The notes: generated by a model not told the origin, from the letters alone. Shown: positions 49,553 to 60,073, counted from the stretch's first letter. The stretch is 64,000 nucleotides of DNA from an uncultured Candidatus Sumerlaeota bacterium (GCA_964389675.1 CAYMEV010000003.1:65109-129108); one strand, 5' to 3'. Made by a program: numbers and translations.

Positions 49553-51541
49553 ATGGAAAACGAAAGATTCAAGGGATATATACTTTTCGAAAAATTCAGG
49601 AAGACTGAACTTATCGAGAGTTACAGGGGTGTAATGCCCAGTGCAAACCCTGCGCATGACCAGATTGACCTGCTGAATACTCAGCTGAGTTCCAATGCAA
49701 AATTCTGCAATATTCTTTCTGAGCACATGGAGAAGATAAAAAGAAATACCGACCTTCAGGGTATTTTTAAGATCAAGGAATCTGGCACCTTTGATGACCA
49801 TTTCTATGTTGTGAAGGATTATAAGAAAGCAAAAAGCCTGAAAGATATAATCACTGAGTCAAATGAGCAATACTTTCCGATCAATCTCGACCATTCAGTT
49901 TATATAGTCAGACAGCTCTCTGCCTTTTTCCAGTATATCCTTGCCAATGTGGACAAAGGGACTGTCCTTTATTTTATTGATCCCGAGGATATAATAATTA
50001 CCTTTGAGGGAGAGATTTTCCAGGATAATCTTTATCTTGCCGATGCTATCACCCAGACATTCGGTAAAAGCATTCCCAGATTCGGGAATTCAGTGTCCTA
50101 TTTTGCCCCTGAATACATAAGCAAAGGAATAATCAGCGAAAAGAACATTATTTTTTCTCTTGGGGCGGTCTTCTATGAGATATTAAGCAATAAAAGGCTT
50201 ATGCCTGATAATATTGATGAATTTAAGAAATCCCTGGATTCTTTTTCATACCCTGAAGAAAGTGATTTTGAGGAGACAATTGACCAGCAGCTTCTGGATA
50301 TTCTGACCAAGATGATACAGATAGACCCCGATGAGAGGTATGAAGACCTGAATGCCCTTCAGGCAGACCTTGATGAGTATATAGAGGAAGGTGATTTTTC
50401 ACCGACGACCTTCCATTTTGTATTCTTTCTTGAGACGCTTTTCAGGGAATATACCGAGAAGCTTCCGAAGGTTATGGAGCAGGAGATAGAAGAAGCCAAG
50501 CACCTTGAGCTGGAAGCAATAAGGGAATCTGAAGAGGAAATGCTTCAGCAGAAGATGGAAGAAACAAAGAAAGAGAGCAAATTCCCTGTACTTCCAGTGG
50601 TCATAGTGCTTCTTTTTATCGGCCTTATTATAGTGGGCCTTACATTGCCGAGAGCATGGAAAGATGAGGCTGAGGCCATGCTTGAGGAGAAGAAGAAGGA
50701 ACTTGAAAAGGCACAGACATATGACCAGACAGAACCTGCAGAAGTCCCTGCAGAAGTGGATACTGAGCCTGCAGAGCCCGATGAGGATTCAGGCCAGACA
50801 GAGCCTGTTGTTACTGAGCCCCCTGTACAGCCTGAAGACATAACAGAAGAGCCTCCGGTACAGGATGATGCGGAACAGAGGAGGCTGGAAGCAGAAAGGG
50901 CTGAAAGAGAGAGGATCGAACGGGAAAGAAGGGAACAGGAGAGGCTTGCTCAGGAGCAGGCGGAGAAGGATCAGGCTGAAAAGGATAGGCTTGACCGTGA
51001 AGAAAAACAGAAACTGGAAAGGATAGATAATCTGGTACAGACTGCACAGTCACAAATAGCAGATAAGAATATTGATGAAGCAAAAAAATCTGTTTCCAGC
51101 ATACTGGAGATCGATCCGGAGAACGAAAAGGCAAATGATCTCAGCATTGAGATTGATAAGATAGAAAGAGACCTGTCCAAACAGCGCAGGGCAGAGCTTG
51201 TAAAAATCCCTATCAACATATCAGAGGCAGATACAGAACCGACTCTTATAAACAGTCCCCGCATAGACCTGCGGCAGGTCGAGGGGCGAATACCCCGGGA
51301 TATCCTCAGGGACCTTAAGAACAGGGTAAACAGAATAACTGTAAGGATGCTTGTATCAGAAAATGGGGATGTAGAGTCTGTTGAGGAAATATTTGTGCAG
51401 AAGTCTGTTTATGGGACATTTGAGAGGACAGGATTGATCGCGGAGATCGATAAGCAGATAAGGTCAGCGAAATATACACCTGCTATTAAGGATGGGATGA
51501 AAAGGAAGTGTTATGTGACACTGACATTTCCCTGGAATTAA
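49553..51541 (+). CDS. TonB-like membrane protein with a cytoplasmic Ser/Thr-kinase-like (pseudokinase) domain
   Basis: Kinase-fold remnants: YFAPEYI matches the APE motif; NIIFSLGAVFYEILS matches subdomain IX. No G-loop, HRD or DFG. One TM helix (FPVLPVVIVLLFIGLIIVGLTL). An acidic Pro/Glu-rich and ER-repeat linker. A C-terminal TonB_C-like domain (ITVRMLVSENGDVESVEEIFV...AKYTPAIKDGMKRKCYVTLTFPW). GGAGGG SD 7 nt before ATG 49553. Confidence 0.55.
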   Translation: MENERFKGYILFEKFRKTELIESYRGVMPSANPAHDQIDLLNTQLSSNAKFCNILSEHMEKIKRNTDLQGIFKIKESGTFDDHFYVVKDYKKAKSLKDIITESNEQYFPINLDHSVYIVRQLSAFFQYILANVDKGTVLYFIDPEDIIITFEGEIFQDNLYLADAITQTFGKSIPRFGNSVSYFAPEYISKGIISEKNIIFSLGAVFYEILSNKRLMPDNIDEFKKSLDSFSYPEESDFEETIDQQLLDILTKMIQIDPDERYEDLNALQADLDEYIEEGDFSPTTFHFVFFLETLFREYTEKLPKVMEQEIEEAKHLELEAIRESEEEMLQQKMEETKKESKFPVLPVVIVLLFIGLIIVGLTLPRAWKDEAEAMLEEKKKELEKAQTYDQTEPAEVPAEVDTEPAEPDEDSGQTEPVVTEPPVQPEDITEEPPVQDDAEQRRLEAERAERERIERERREQERLAQEQAEKDQAEKDRLDREEKQKLERIDNLVQTAQSQIADKNIDEAKKSVSSILEIDPENEKANDLSIEIDKIERDLSKQRRAELVKIPINISEADTEPTLINSPRIDLRQVEGRIPRDILRDLKNRVNRITVRMLVSENGDVESVEEIFVQKSVYGTFERTGLIAEIDKQIRSAKYTPAIKDGMKRKCYVTLTFPWN

Positions 51542-52029
51542 GGCTTAGAGTCTATAGGATGTATTTTCCAGTCCTTTTCAGGATAATACTCTTCAACAGG
51601 ATTATCCTTATATTTTAATACAACCCTTGTTATGCCGGCATTGGCGATGTTTGCCCTGCATTGGTTGCATATGCTGTGGTGCCCGCATATATAGATGGTC
51701 GTTCCCTTAGTTGAGTGCCCGTTTCTTGCGGCAAGCGAAATTGCATTTGATTCGGCATGAGAGCCTACAGCCCGGCACCTTTCCAGCTGAGTCCCGGAGG
51801 GTATCTTATGACGATCTCTGTAGCAGTACCCAATTTCCAGGCAGTTTTTCTGATATTGAGGGGCTCCATTGTAGCCTGTAGAAATAATATCCTTATTGTT
51901 CACTATAATTGCCCCGACCTTATTTCTGAAACATGATGATCTCGAACCCACAAGCCGGGCAATGCTCAGGAAATATTCGTCCCATGTCGGCCTTTTATCC
52001 AGTGAGGCTTTATTTTGTTTATCTTCCAT
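51538..52029 (-). CDS. Deoxycytidylate (dCMP) deaminase, ComEB-like
   Basis: CMP/dCMP deaminase zinc motifs HAESNAI and ...C..C (ICNQC). Confidence 0.8.
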   Translation of the reverse strand: MEDKQNKASLDKRPTWDEYFLSIARLVGSRSSCFRNKVGAIIVNNKDIISTGYNGAPQYQKNCLEIGYCYRDRHKIPSGTQLERCRAVGSHAESNAISLAARNGHSTKGTTIYICGHHSICNQCRANIANAGITRVVLKYKDNPVEEYYPEKDWKIHPIDSKP

Positions 52030-52135
52030 TTAATAAAGGATACCAGCATTCAGTTATTAGTCAAAAATTAAATATTTATTGCAATAAATATAATTTGCTG
52101 TATCCTAAAAAACAGATAATTATCGGAGGTTATAA

Positions 52136-52990
52136 TTGGAACAGCATACCTACAGCTATGCCATGCTTTCACGGCTGAAGAATATTCCGACGCTTCCGAT
52201 GATCATCGATAAGCTTCTGGAGATCCCTTCAATTGACTATTCCATAAAGGATATAATTAAGGTTATTGAGATAGACCAGTCCATTGCCTCAAAGATCCTT
52301 AAATTATCCAATTCTGTCTTTTTCGGTTTTTCAAGGAAGATATCCAGCCTGGCGGAAGCTGTCAGCCTTATGGGTATTGATACAATAAAGGCAATTGCCC
52401 TTGCTACACCTATATTTGATAATGAAAGCTTCGAAAAATTCAGCAGGGATAATATTGAGATCCGGAAGCTCTGGCTTCATACTTCAGTATGTGCATTTTT
52501 AGCAAGGCATATCTGGAACAGGATCGGCATAAGGGAATTTGACTCAGGCACTGTTTTTGCATCTGCCTTGTTTCACGATATAGGTAAATTCTTCTTTTTG
52601 CTGATGTATCCTGAGGAATATCCGAAAATACTGCTTGACTCAGATGCTGAAAAAAAGAACACAAAGTTCTATGAAGAGGAAAGGCTGGGCATTGACCATG
52701 CATTGCTGACATCAATGATATTTGATAAATGGAACTTTCCGCATTCACTGTTCGTTCCGATAAAATTCCATCATAACCTCAATAATATACCAAATATCTA
52801 CCAGAAGGTAGCGATAGTTATTAATGCATGTGATAAGCTTTCCTGGAATACAGGCTATGGATTCATGGGAAGCTGTGACGATGATCAGGAGTCATTAAAA
52901 GAGATAGGAGAACAGACCCTGCAGGATGCGATCCTTTATCTGGAAAATAATATAGAGGATATCAGAGGGATATCTGATTTCATATCATAG
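52136..52990 (+). CDS. HDOD domain signalling protein
   Basis: HDOD pattern: IKDIIKVIEIDQSIASKILKLSNSVFFGFSRKISSLAEAVSLMGIDTIKAIAL...LWLHTSVCAFLARHIW...ASALFHDIGK. Confidence 0.75.
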   Translation: MEQHTYSYAMLSRLKNIPTLPMIIDKLLEIPSIDYSIKDIIKVIEIDQSIASKILKLSNSVFFGFSRKISSLAEAVSLMGIDTIKAIALATPIFDNESFEKFSRDNIEIRKLWLHTSVCAFLARHIWNRIGIREFDSGTVFASALFHDIGKFFFLLMYPEEYPKILLDSDAEKKNTKFYEEERLGIDHALLTSMIFDKWNFPHSLFVPIKFHHNLNNIPNIYQKVAIVINACDKLSWNTGYGFMGSCDDDQESLKEIGEQTLQDAILYLENNIEDIRGISDFIS

Positions 52991-52997
52991 AAAAATA

Positions 52998-54575
52998 ATG
53001 GATACAAAAAAAATTATGAATAACGAAACAAAACAGATCGTATTTGAAGACCTTTATTCAATGGTAAGCTCATTGCCTGCCGGTCAGATCTCATTCCCTG
53101 AAATTGCATTGAATATAATTAATATATTCGTTGACAAGGGTATTGCTGAAAATTCATCGATATACCTGAAAGATGAGGAAAGCAATAAGCTGTACCTTGT
53201 GGCAGCGCGCGACAAAAGCAGGCGTGCTTTTACTGCAAGCAATATAAAGCTTTACAGCGGTGCAAGAGACCTCCCCTTCAAATGGTTCTTTGAAGAAGGC
53301 GAAGGTATTGCGGGTTCGGCGCATGTAAACAAGAAAGCTGTATATGTCCCTGACCTGGACAAGGACAGGAGGTTTGTCGGCAGTGTAACCGCAAGAAAGA
53401 AGCTGCTTGTCCTTCCCCTTCTTATAGGCAAGGAATCAATAGGGATAATGAATATATCAACAACGGGGCAGGGTCTGTCTGATCCATCCGTCAGGGACTC
53501 AATTGAAAAATTAAGCAGATTCTATGCTCTGCTGATTCACTTTTCAAAGGTCTATTCAAAGTACCTTACTGCATCTTTCCTGCTTTCATCACTGATCCAG
53601 TATACTGACAAGGCTATCCTGATGCTGGACAAGGAGGACAGGATCATAGATTTTAATAATACCGCCTCCAATATATTTCCGGTAAAATCCAATGACCTTT
53701 TAGGAATGAGAACATCCTCTTTCAATCCCAAAAGTGAAGAAAAGCTTAAAGACTATATCAGGGATGTCTTTGGGTCCAAGACCCTTCTTTGTGATAAGAT
53801 ACTGTCGAACAAGGGGATTATTTCACAGATACCTTTTGATGACCTTGATAACAAGGTCATTATAAAGGCAATAAAGGAGTTTCCTGACGGTAAATTTATA
53901 ATATTTGATATTGTCAGGCTTAAGGTCATTAACAAGAGTGAAGAATCAATCGGCAGTGTTGAAATATGGAGTACCTATCAAAAGGAGGCTGATCAGAAAA
54001 AATCAACTATACCGCTTGTTGACAGCGGGAAAATAAACAGGATCATCAGCAGGATGAATCTGATCAAAAATGAGATTGAAGCGGGGAAGGTCAACAGGGA
54101 ATTCCTTCTGAAGCATATCAATACATCTGCATTAGAGATGAAAGGAATACTGGAGCCGGGTAGTTACAGGAACCTGAACACACTTATCAATACATCTTTC
54201 AGGATCTATAATGACCATAATAACCTGGGGATGACATATTTTTCAAATATCCCTCATACAGTAAGCATGGAATATCTTCCATACAAGATCATACAGCTCT
54301 TTTACCTGATTATTGATATTGTCGTTCAGTTCGGCAACCCTTCCAAGCCTGTAAACATTAAATACCTTATGCAGGATTCCAAACACGATACTCCCCAGAT
54401 TATGCTGATCATTTCTAATGATGACCTGCATATCCCAAAAAGATTCATGAATGAATTCAGCATAACGCATAGAGAACTGCGAAGCCTCCTTGAGGAACTG
54501 AATGCAGATATAGATATAGTAAAGAATGAAGAATTATCGTCCGTTTCGCTAAGCTTTGGAAATAATCAGTATTAA
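52998..54575 (+). CDS. GAF domain sensor protein with a possible divergent HATPase-like C-terminus
   Basis: GAF core EGEGIAGSAHVNKKAVYVPDLDKDRRF....LLVLPLLIGKESIGIMNI. A C-terminal block (LIIDIVVQFGNP...IMLIISNDDLHIPKRFMNEF) resembles the N box region of histidine-kinase ATPases, but the G boxes are unclear. Confidence 0.5.
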   Translation: MDTKKIMNNETKQIVFEDLYSMVSSLPAGQISFPEIALNIINIFVDKGIAENSSIYLKDEESNKLYLVAARDKSRRAFTASNIKLYSGARDLPFKWFFEEGEGIAGSAHVNKKAVYVPDLDKDRRFVGSVTARKKLLVLPLLIGKESIGIMNISTTGQGLSDPSVRDSIEKLSRFYALLIHFSKVYSKYLTASFLLSSLIQYTDKAILMLDKEDRIIDFNNTASNIFPVKSNDLLGMRTSSFNPKSEEKLKDYIRDVFGSKTLLCDKILSNKGIISQIPFDDLDNKVIIKAIKEFPDGKFIIFDIVRLKVINKSEESIGSVEIWSTYQKEADQKKSTIPLVDSGKINRIISRMNLIKNEIEAGKVNREFLLKHINTSALEMKGILEPGSYRNLNTLINTSFRIYNDHNNLGMTYFSNIPHTVSMEYLPYKIIQLFYLIIDIVVQFGNPSKPVNIKYLMQDSKHDTPQIMLIISNDDLHIPKRFMNEFSITHRELRSLLEELNADIDIVKNEELSSVSLSFGNNQY

Positions 54576-54583
54576 GAAGCTAT

Positions 54584-55390
54584 ATGAATTATACAGTGCA
54601 TCTGATGTCATTTTATCTTGATATCTTCTTTCCCCCGATATTAAAAGAAACTGTTGATAACAGATTATCCAGTTTCCGGAAGGATGTCAGCAGCAGTGAC
54701 AATAGAATAACAGTTGAACTTGAGCTTCAGGAGGAGAGACTGCCTGTTCAGTCATTGATCCCGTATGCTCTGATTAGAAACGGCAGAATAGAGTTTTTCC
54801 GCTATGATATGGAAGGGCACATCAGTATTCCTGATAGATATCTTCACCTGAAGCTGCTGAACAATATATACAGCTTCGATACTGCACTCAGGGTCATATT
54901 CTCGCTTCTTCTCATTCAGAATGGAGGGTTTCTGATCCATTCAAGCTCTGTTTCAGTGGGGCAGAAAGGAATTCTTTTTATCGGAGTGTCTGGATCGGGC
55001 AAAACGACAATTGCCCATCTGAACAGGGAAAATAAGATCCTTAGTGATGAGATATCAGCAGTTGTGAAAGAAGGAGGAAAATACTACCTGTACGGAAATA
55101 CCTTTTTCAGCGATCTTGAGGAAATAGGGCATGACTGTTCTGCAGAACTGAAGCAGATATATTTCCTGAATAAAGCGCCCTATGATGATATAAAGCCTAT
55201 AGTTAAAGCTGATGCACTAAAAATGATCTTAAGGAATGTCATGAATTTTTCAAAAGAGGCTGCTTTCTCTGAGATGATCCTGAACAATGCCTTAAGTATA
55301 CTCCGTTCAGCAGGTGCTGACAATATATATTTTCTGCCTCACAGGGAGATATATAAGAAAATTTATGAACATTTATCAATTGAAAACTGA
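54584..55390 (+). CDS. HprK-related P-loop kinase-like protein
   Basis: GGFLIHSSSVSVGQKGILFIGVSGSGKTTIA resembles the HPr kinase C-domain pattern LHG..V...G.GVL..G.SG.GKS..A. Confidence 0.4.
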   Translation: MNYTVHLMSFYLDIFFPPILKETVDNRLSSFRKDVSSSDNRITVELELQEERLPVQSLIPYALIRNGRIEFFRYDMEGHISIPDRYLHLKLLNNIYSFDTALRVIFSLLLIQNGGFLIHSSSVSVGQKGILFIGVSGSGKTTIAHLNRENKILSDEISAVVKEGGKYYLYGNTFFSDLEEIGHDCSAELKQIYFLNKAPYDDIKPIVKADALKMILRNVMNFSKEAAFSEMILNNALSILRSAGADNIYFLPHREIYKKIYEHLSIEN

Positions 55391-55406
55391 ATAATATATA
55401 AAACAA

Positions 55407-56579
55407 ATGGAGGTTATAACTGTGAAAAGGAACATTATCCTGATCTTTATCGTGCTTTCTTTTGCATCTGCCATGTTCAGCCAGGATGCAGCCCTGTCAG
55501 ACAGATACTCTGATTTTCAGGCTAAGATGAACGATGAGTATGCAAATATAAAAAGCCAGGAAGAATACTCGGTCTTTGTGGATAATTACAAGAAAGGGCT
55601 TTCCCAGCTTATTAAGGATACTGATTATAAAAAGCTTGATACCGGGGATTATTTAACATATCTGGAAATTAAAATGATACTTGAAAAATATGAGGGCATG
55701 AATGATATAATCATATATGGAGAGAAAAAATATCCTGACACCTTAAACGAGATATTGCTCGTTAAAGCTGACCTGATGGCTAATACCGGAGAACCCGGAA
55801 AAGCGGTCTTAATAATCGATGATATCAAAAAGAGGGACATGGATTTTATTAAAAGCAACCTTGATGATATATTTGACATAATGTCAGTACTTTCCTCAGA
55901 GGAATTTTATGAAGAAGCCTATAAGCTCAGGGATTATTTTCTCCTGGGAAAGCTGACAGACAGATACCAGTATTATATGTCAGGCATGATAAGCTCTGTT
56001 TTCCTCAGCCTGGACAAGATTGAAGAAGCAAAGGCCTATCTGGAGAAGCTTAAAGGCATTTATGAAGATGATGCAGTAAAAAAGGTCATAGATAATGAGA
56101 TCAGCCAGATCTCTCTTATAGGGAAAATGCCGCCTTCAATTGGCCTCGCAGGCAATATAAACGGTGATTCATCCCTCGAGAAGCACAAGGGCAAGGTCAT
56201 AATCGTTGATTTCTGGGCGCCATGGTGTAATCCCTGCAGGAAGGCAATACCTCATCTTGTTGAGATCTATAATGAGTACAGGGAAAAAGGGGTTACAGTA
56301 ATTGGAATTACACAGCTGTACGGATCATATAATGATGGCAAAACAGCCAGGAAGGATATTGCACCAGAGGAAGAAACCAGCCTGATCAAGGGCTATATAA
56401 CCGATAATAATATTGTATATCCAAACGGTATAGCTTCAGGCAGGAGTGAGATAGATAAATATCATGTCATGGGTATTCCGCACCTTGTATTCATAGACAG
56501 GGAATTTAAGATAAGGCATATTAAGGTCGGCTATATGGAAAAAGAAGCTGTTGTGAAGATAATTGAAGGGCTCTTATAG
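55407..56579 (+). CDS. Secreted TPR-like / thiol-disulfide oxidoreductase (TlpA/ResA family)
   Basis: Signal peptide, a helical repeat region, and a C-terminal thioredoxin fold with WAPWCNPC. Confidence 0.7.
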   Translation: MEVITVKRNIILIFIVLSFASAMFSQDAALSDRYSDFQAKMNDEYANIKSQEEYSVFVDNYKKGLSQLIKDTDYKKLDTGDYLTYLEIKMILEKYEGMNDIIIYGEKKYPDTLNEILLVKADLMANTGEPGKAVLIIDDIKKRDMDFIKSNLDDIFDIMSVLSSEEFYEEAYKLRDYFLLGKLTDRYQYYMSGMISSVFLSLDKIEEAKAYLEKLKGIYEDDAVKKVIDNEISQISLIGKMPPSIGLAGNINGDSSLEKHKGKVIIVDFWAPWCNPCRKAIPHLVEIYNEYREKGVTVIGITQLYGSYNDGKTARKDIAPEEETSLIKGYITDNNIVYPNGIASGRSEIDKYHVMGIPHLVFIDREFKIRHIKVGYMEKEAVVKIIEGLL

Positions 56580-56648
56580 AAAGGATATACCTGCACAGAG
56601 CATCTATATTGCTCGATATTTCGAAAGAAAGCCCGGGAAAGGCATCTT

Positions 56649-57059
56649 TTATTCAGGGTAATACCTGGATTTTGCGGATATTATCTCATCATTGATCCTC
56701 TTCAGCTCTTCCCATTCCTTCTGTAGACCTTCATGGTTGTACAGGTCAAAATCGGGATGATTTTCTATAAAAGTAGCTTCTTCAGCAGAGAAAAGCTCAG
56801 CAGAGCTCAGAAAAGACTTGAATAATTCATCAAATGCTTCAGTATCCTCACTGTCCAGGGCTTCTATGCTGGCCAGAATATTCTTTGAGTATTCTATCCA
56901 GTGTTTGAGCATCTGGCGGGCCTCTTTTAGATTATCGGGTTCAATGGCCGATACCTCAGGGATGTCAGGTATGTTCTTTTCAGCGGGGGGGCTCTTCCTG
57001 TTGCATTGGGCAGAAATGAGAAGAAGGGATAAGAGAAGGATTATCATCCATTTATTCAT
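56649..57059 (-). CDS. Hypothetical lipoprotein
   Basis: Signal peptide with lipobox LLLISAQC. 136 aa, acidic. Confidence 0.4.
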   Translation of the reverse strand: MNKWMIILLLSLLLISAQCNRKSPPAEKNIPDIPEVSAIEPDNLKEARQMLKHWIEYSKNILASIEALDSEDTEAFDELFKSFLSSAELFSAEEATFIENHPDFDLYNHEGLQKEWEELKRINDEIISAKSRYYPE

Positions 57060-57164
57060 AATTATCCTCCTTGAAAATAAATGTTGAAAAAAGCCATTAC
57101 AAATATAATACCATAAAATTTTTAAAATAAAATAATTTGTTTTTGAAATATGATTTTAATGGGA

Positions 57165-57926
57165 CTATTTTTTAATAAACCAGTACTGGCTTGAGTAAAA
57201 ACAAAAACCGCTATTTTTGGTGACACGCTGTGATAAAAAATTGTCATGCGCAATATAGCAGTGAGGAGCCCAGCCCCGGTCCCTTGCCGATTTGACCATT
57301 TCTGCTGTTAATATCTTTGCCAGGCCCATGTTCCGGTATTCCGGGAGCGTTCGGAGCATTCCCATTGATCCGTTTTCCCTGAAAAGGGCATAAGATGCGA
57401 TTTTATCATCTATGTATATGGCAAATGTGTTCCTGTTCTGTATCTGTTTTCTGATAAATTGTGAAACCTTGCCCCTGCCGAAAGCCCAGTTGTCATTTAC
57501 TTCCCTTATGTCCGATTCCCTTATCTGTTCAACTTTGTATCCCCCTGGGAAGTTCAGGCCAATAGGGGAATCATCATCAATATACCATAGGCCGAATGAT
57601 TCAAAATCCTCTATCTTCCACGGCTTTTTGACATAATTGAATATCGGCTGAGGGACGCATCTGAAATGAAGAGGGGTCCGGTATATGAAGTTTGCCAGGA
57701 AACTGTAATCCTCTGATGAACCATTCATGTATAAGAGCGCATTCTCCCTGTCATCGAAGCCAGACTCCTTAAGTAACACTACAGCTGATTCCATTTCATC
57801 TGAAGATGTATGTATCTTATCAATGCTTTCCCTTGAATGCTTTAAGAAGAATACTAGCCTCGAATATTCGACAGGGTCTGATATACACTCTAAAAATGAT
57901 TGATATCTGCTTTCTTCCAGGATCAT
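57165..57926 (-). CDS. Putative GNAT-fold acetyltransferase
   Basis: The C-terminal half has a GNAT-like motif A/B arrangement (AIYIDDKIASYALF...GMLRTLPEYRNMGLAKILTAEMV). Confidence 0.4.
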   Translation of the reverse strand: MILEESRYQSFLECISDPVEYSRLVFFLKHSRESIDKIHTSSDEMESAVVLLKESGFDDRENALLYMNGSSEDYSFLANFIYRTPLHFRCVPQPIFNYVKKPWKIEDFESFGLWYIDDDSPIGLNFPGGYKVEQIRESDIREVNDNWAFGRGKVSQFIRKQIQNRNTFAIYIDDKIASYALFRENGSMGMLRTLPEYRNMGLAKILTAEMVKSARDRGWAPHCYIAHDNFLSQRVTKNSGFCFYSSQYWFIKK

Positions 57927-58070
57927 GGCTTCATTTTAGCAATTCGGTATGAGGATGTCAATTAAATGTGGATATTGCCTGCTGTCCATGCATCATCAGG
58001 CCAATAACAGCAAGGAAAGCAAATTGTTATTGACATATGGTGAATTTATTTAAAGATAACAGGGGAACTA

Positions 58071-59966
58071 ATGAAAAGATTTAACTTTATTATATTAATA
58101 CTTATCATAAATACTCTTCTTCTGCTGTATTACGGCAAGCCTGTTATTGAGAGCGACGGGCTGACATATTACATTATAGCAAGGAGTTTTGCCGAAGACG
58201 GCGATTTCAATATCTCAGAAAAGAACTATTACCCTGATAGAAGATTCTTCCACTATATACTCAATAAAGAAAAAAACAGGATTGGAGTAACATTTTCAGG
58301 CGGTTATGCCATACTGGTATCACCGTTTATCAGACTGACAAGATTTATTGGTTCTTTCTGTCCTTATATAAATAATCTTTCTCCTTATTATGAGTGGCCG
58401 CCATTCATTGATTGCATAGCCATACTGCTGGCAAACTTTTTCTACCTGAATCTGATGTTCATAATCCTGTACAGGTTTTTAATATCAATATTCAGCCCGT
58501 TAACAGCTTTCTGCTCCATATATACTGCATTTTTAGGCACTCCTTTAATATACTACACATTTACAGCGCCAGCTTTTTCACAGTTTGCAGATACATTTGC
58601 TTTTGCCATGTTCTTTGTCTCATCCATGATGTATTTTCAGAACAGGGCAAAAGGATCGGGGATGATGTACCTGTTTCTCTCCGGGCTATGTCTGGGGCTT
58701 TCTGTATTCATAAGGAATAATAATTTTGTTTTTTTTATTCCATATGCTGTTTTTATACTGCTATATTCCATAAAGGAAAAAATAAGCATCAAGGGTATAC
58801 TGCTCAGATATCTGGTATTATCTGCAAGCGCTGTGCCTTTTGCTGTCCTTTTGCTCATCTATAACCTGGTGCAGTATGGCGACCCTTTTGTTACCGGTTA
58901 TTCGCTCCACGGGAATTTTATCTTCAGAAGCACATTATTATATCAGCTTTTCCACCCTGTGAGGGGGCTTTTTATATATACGCCCCTGGCCGCTGTTGTC
59001 ATCGGCGGCCTGTTATTTGCAAAAAGGCATAAACTGCAGAGAATGCTGAGTATATGGTATGTGATCGCCTTTTTTGCACTATGCCAGTTCTTTCACTATT
59101 GGCGTGGAGGTATCAGCTACGGGCACAGATTTTCTGTTCATTTATACCCTGTTTATGCCTTTGCTCTTGCCCTTATTTTTTCAGCAGGTTTAAAGGGGTA
59201 CAGGAAAGTACTGGTATATGCCCTTATATTGATTTTTACCGCCTATGCATTTGCGCATTACAATCTTTATGTATATGCTTCAGCTACACAGAATTCCAGG
59301 AACTACCTTTTCCGAAACAATGACAAGTATGATATAATTGATATTGCAAGATCAGCAAATATTGCCCTTGATGATGTTAAAAAATGGAGGAAGACCGGCA
59401 CCAGGGGAGGCCTTTACTACCTCAACCTGTACCACTATGCCCCCTCCCTTCTTTTCCTGCCGATAAACAATATACACAGGAATTTTCTTACCTTCCTTAA
59501 GGGTATAAGCATTTCTGAAAAAGGGGAAAACCTGAGCGTTGATATCACATTAAGGTCTTTTGACGGAGGTATCTGGCATCCGAGGATATTTATATGCCAG
59601 TTTGATAAGAGGGGGCATTATCTTGACCAGAGGCTGATCCTATTATCCACCCCGTCATGCGGTATCAAATTTGAAAAGGGGATTAATATCCTGAGATACA
59701 GCATAAGCCCTGAAATGAAATTCAGCATATTCCTGAACGAAAAAATGATCCAGGACGAGAAAGAAATGGAAAAGGCGGATAACTGGATAGAGAGATTGAA
59801 TAATGAGGAAAAAATAGCAATAGTATTATATTATGCTTCTGCTGAAATCCGCGATGGCAAGCCGAAGGTAAATAAATACTACAGGAATTCCGAGGTGTTT
59901 GATGCAGCTCTTTTCAGGGGTCTTATTGCAGAGAATGGATATCCTCTCGATCAAATTCAAAACTGA
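58071..59966 (+). CDS. GT-C fold membrane glycosyltransferase-like protein (paralog of 29621)
   Basis: The first-loop motif ESDGLTYYIIARSFAEDGDF matches ESDGIGYYSYLRSVFFDGDIEF of 29621. About 12 TM helices plus a C-terminal soluble domain. Confidence 0.45.
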   Translation: MKRFNFIILILIINTLLLLYYGKPVIESDGLTYYIIARSFAEDGDFNISEKNYYPDRRFFHYILNKEKNRIGVTFSGGYAILVSPFIRLTRFIGSFCPYINNLSPYYEWPPFIDCIAILLANFFYLNLMFIILYRFLISIFSPLTAFCSIYTAFLGTPLIYYTFTAPAFSQFADTFAFAMFFVSSMMYFQNRAKGSGMMYLFLSGLCLGLSVFIRNNNFVFFIPYAVFILLYSIKEKISIKGILLRYLVLSASAVPFAVLLLIYNLVQYGDPFVTGYSLHGNFIFRSTLLYQLFHPVRGLFIYTPLAAVVIGGLLFAKRHKLQRMLSIWYVIAFFALCQFFHYWRGGISYGHRFSVHLYPVYAFALALIFSAGLKGYRKVLVYALILIFTAYAFAHYNLYVYASATQNSRNYLFRNNDKYDIIDIARSANIALDDVKKWRKTGTRGGLYYLNLYHYAPSLLFLPINNIHRNFLTFLKGISISEKGENLSVDITLRSFDGGIWHPRIFICQFDKRGHYLDQRLILLSTPSCGIKFEKGINILRYSISPEMKFSIFLNEKMIQDEKEMEKADNWIERLNNEEKIAIVLYYASAEIRDGKPKVNKYYRNSEVFDAALFRGLIAENGYPLDQIQN

Positions 59967-60073
59967 GATGTATGCCCAGGGATAATTATTGAAGGCTTGA
60001 TATTTTTTAATTACTGTGTATAGTAATAAATCTAACTGCATTTTATGCAGTATAATTTACGGAGGCTGGAATA

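Noticed and set aside
50690-51010. Repetitive DNA that could be a CRISPR array or tandem repeat locus
   Set aside because: The repeats are in-frame coding repeats specifying the acidic EPAE/ERxER linker of the TonB-like protein. There are no spacer-repeat periodicity, cas genes or non-coding context.
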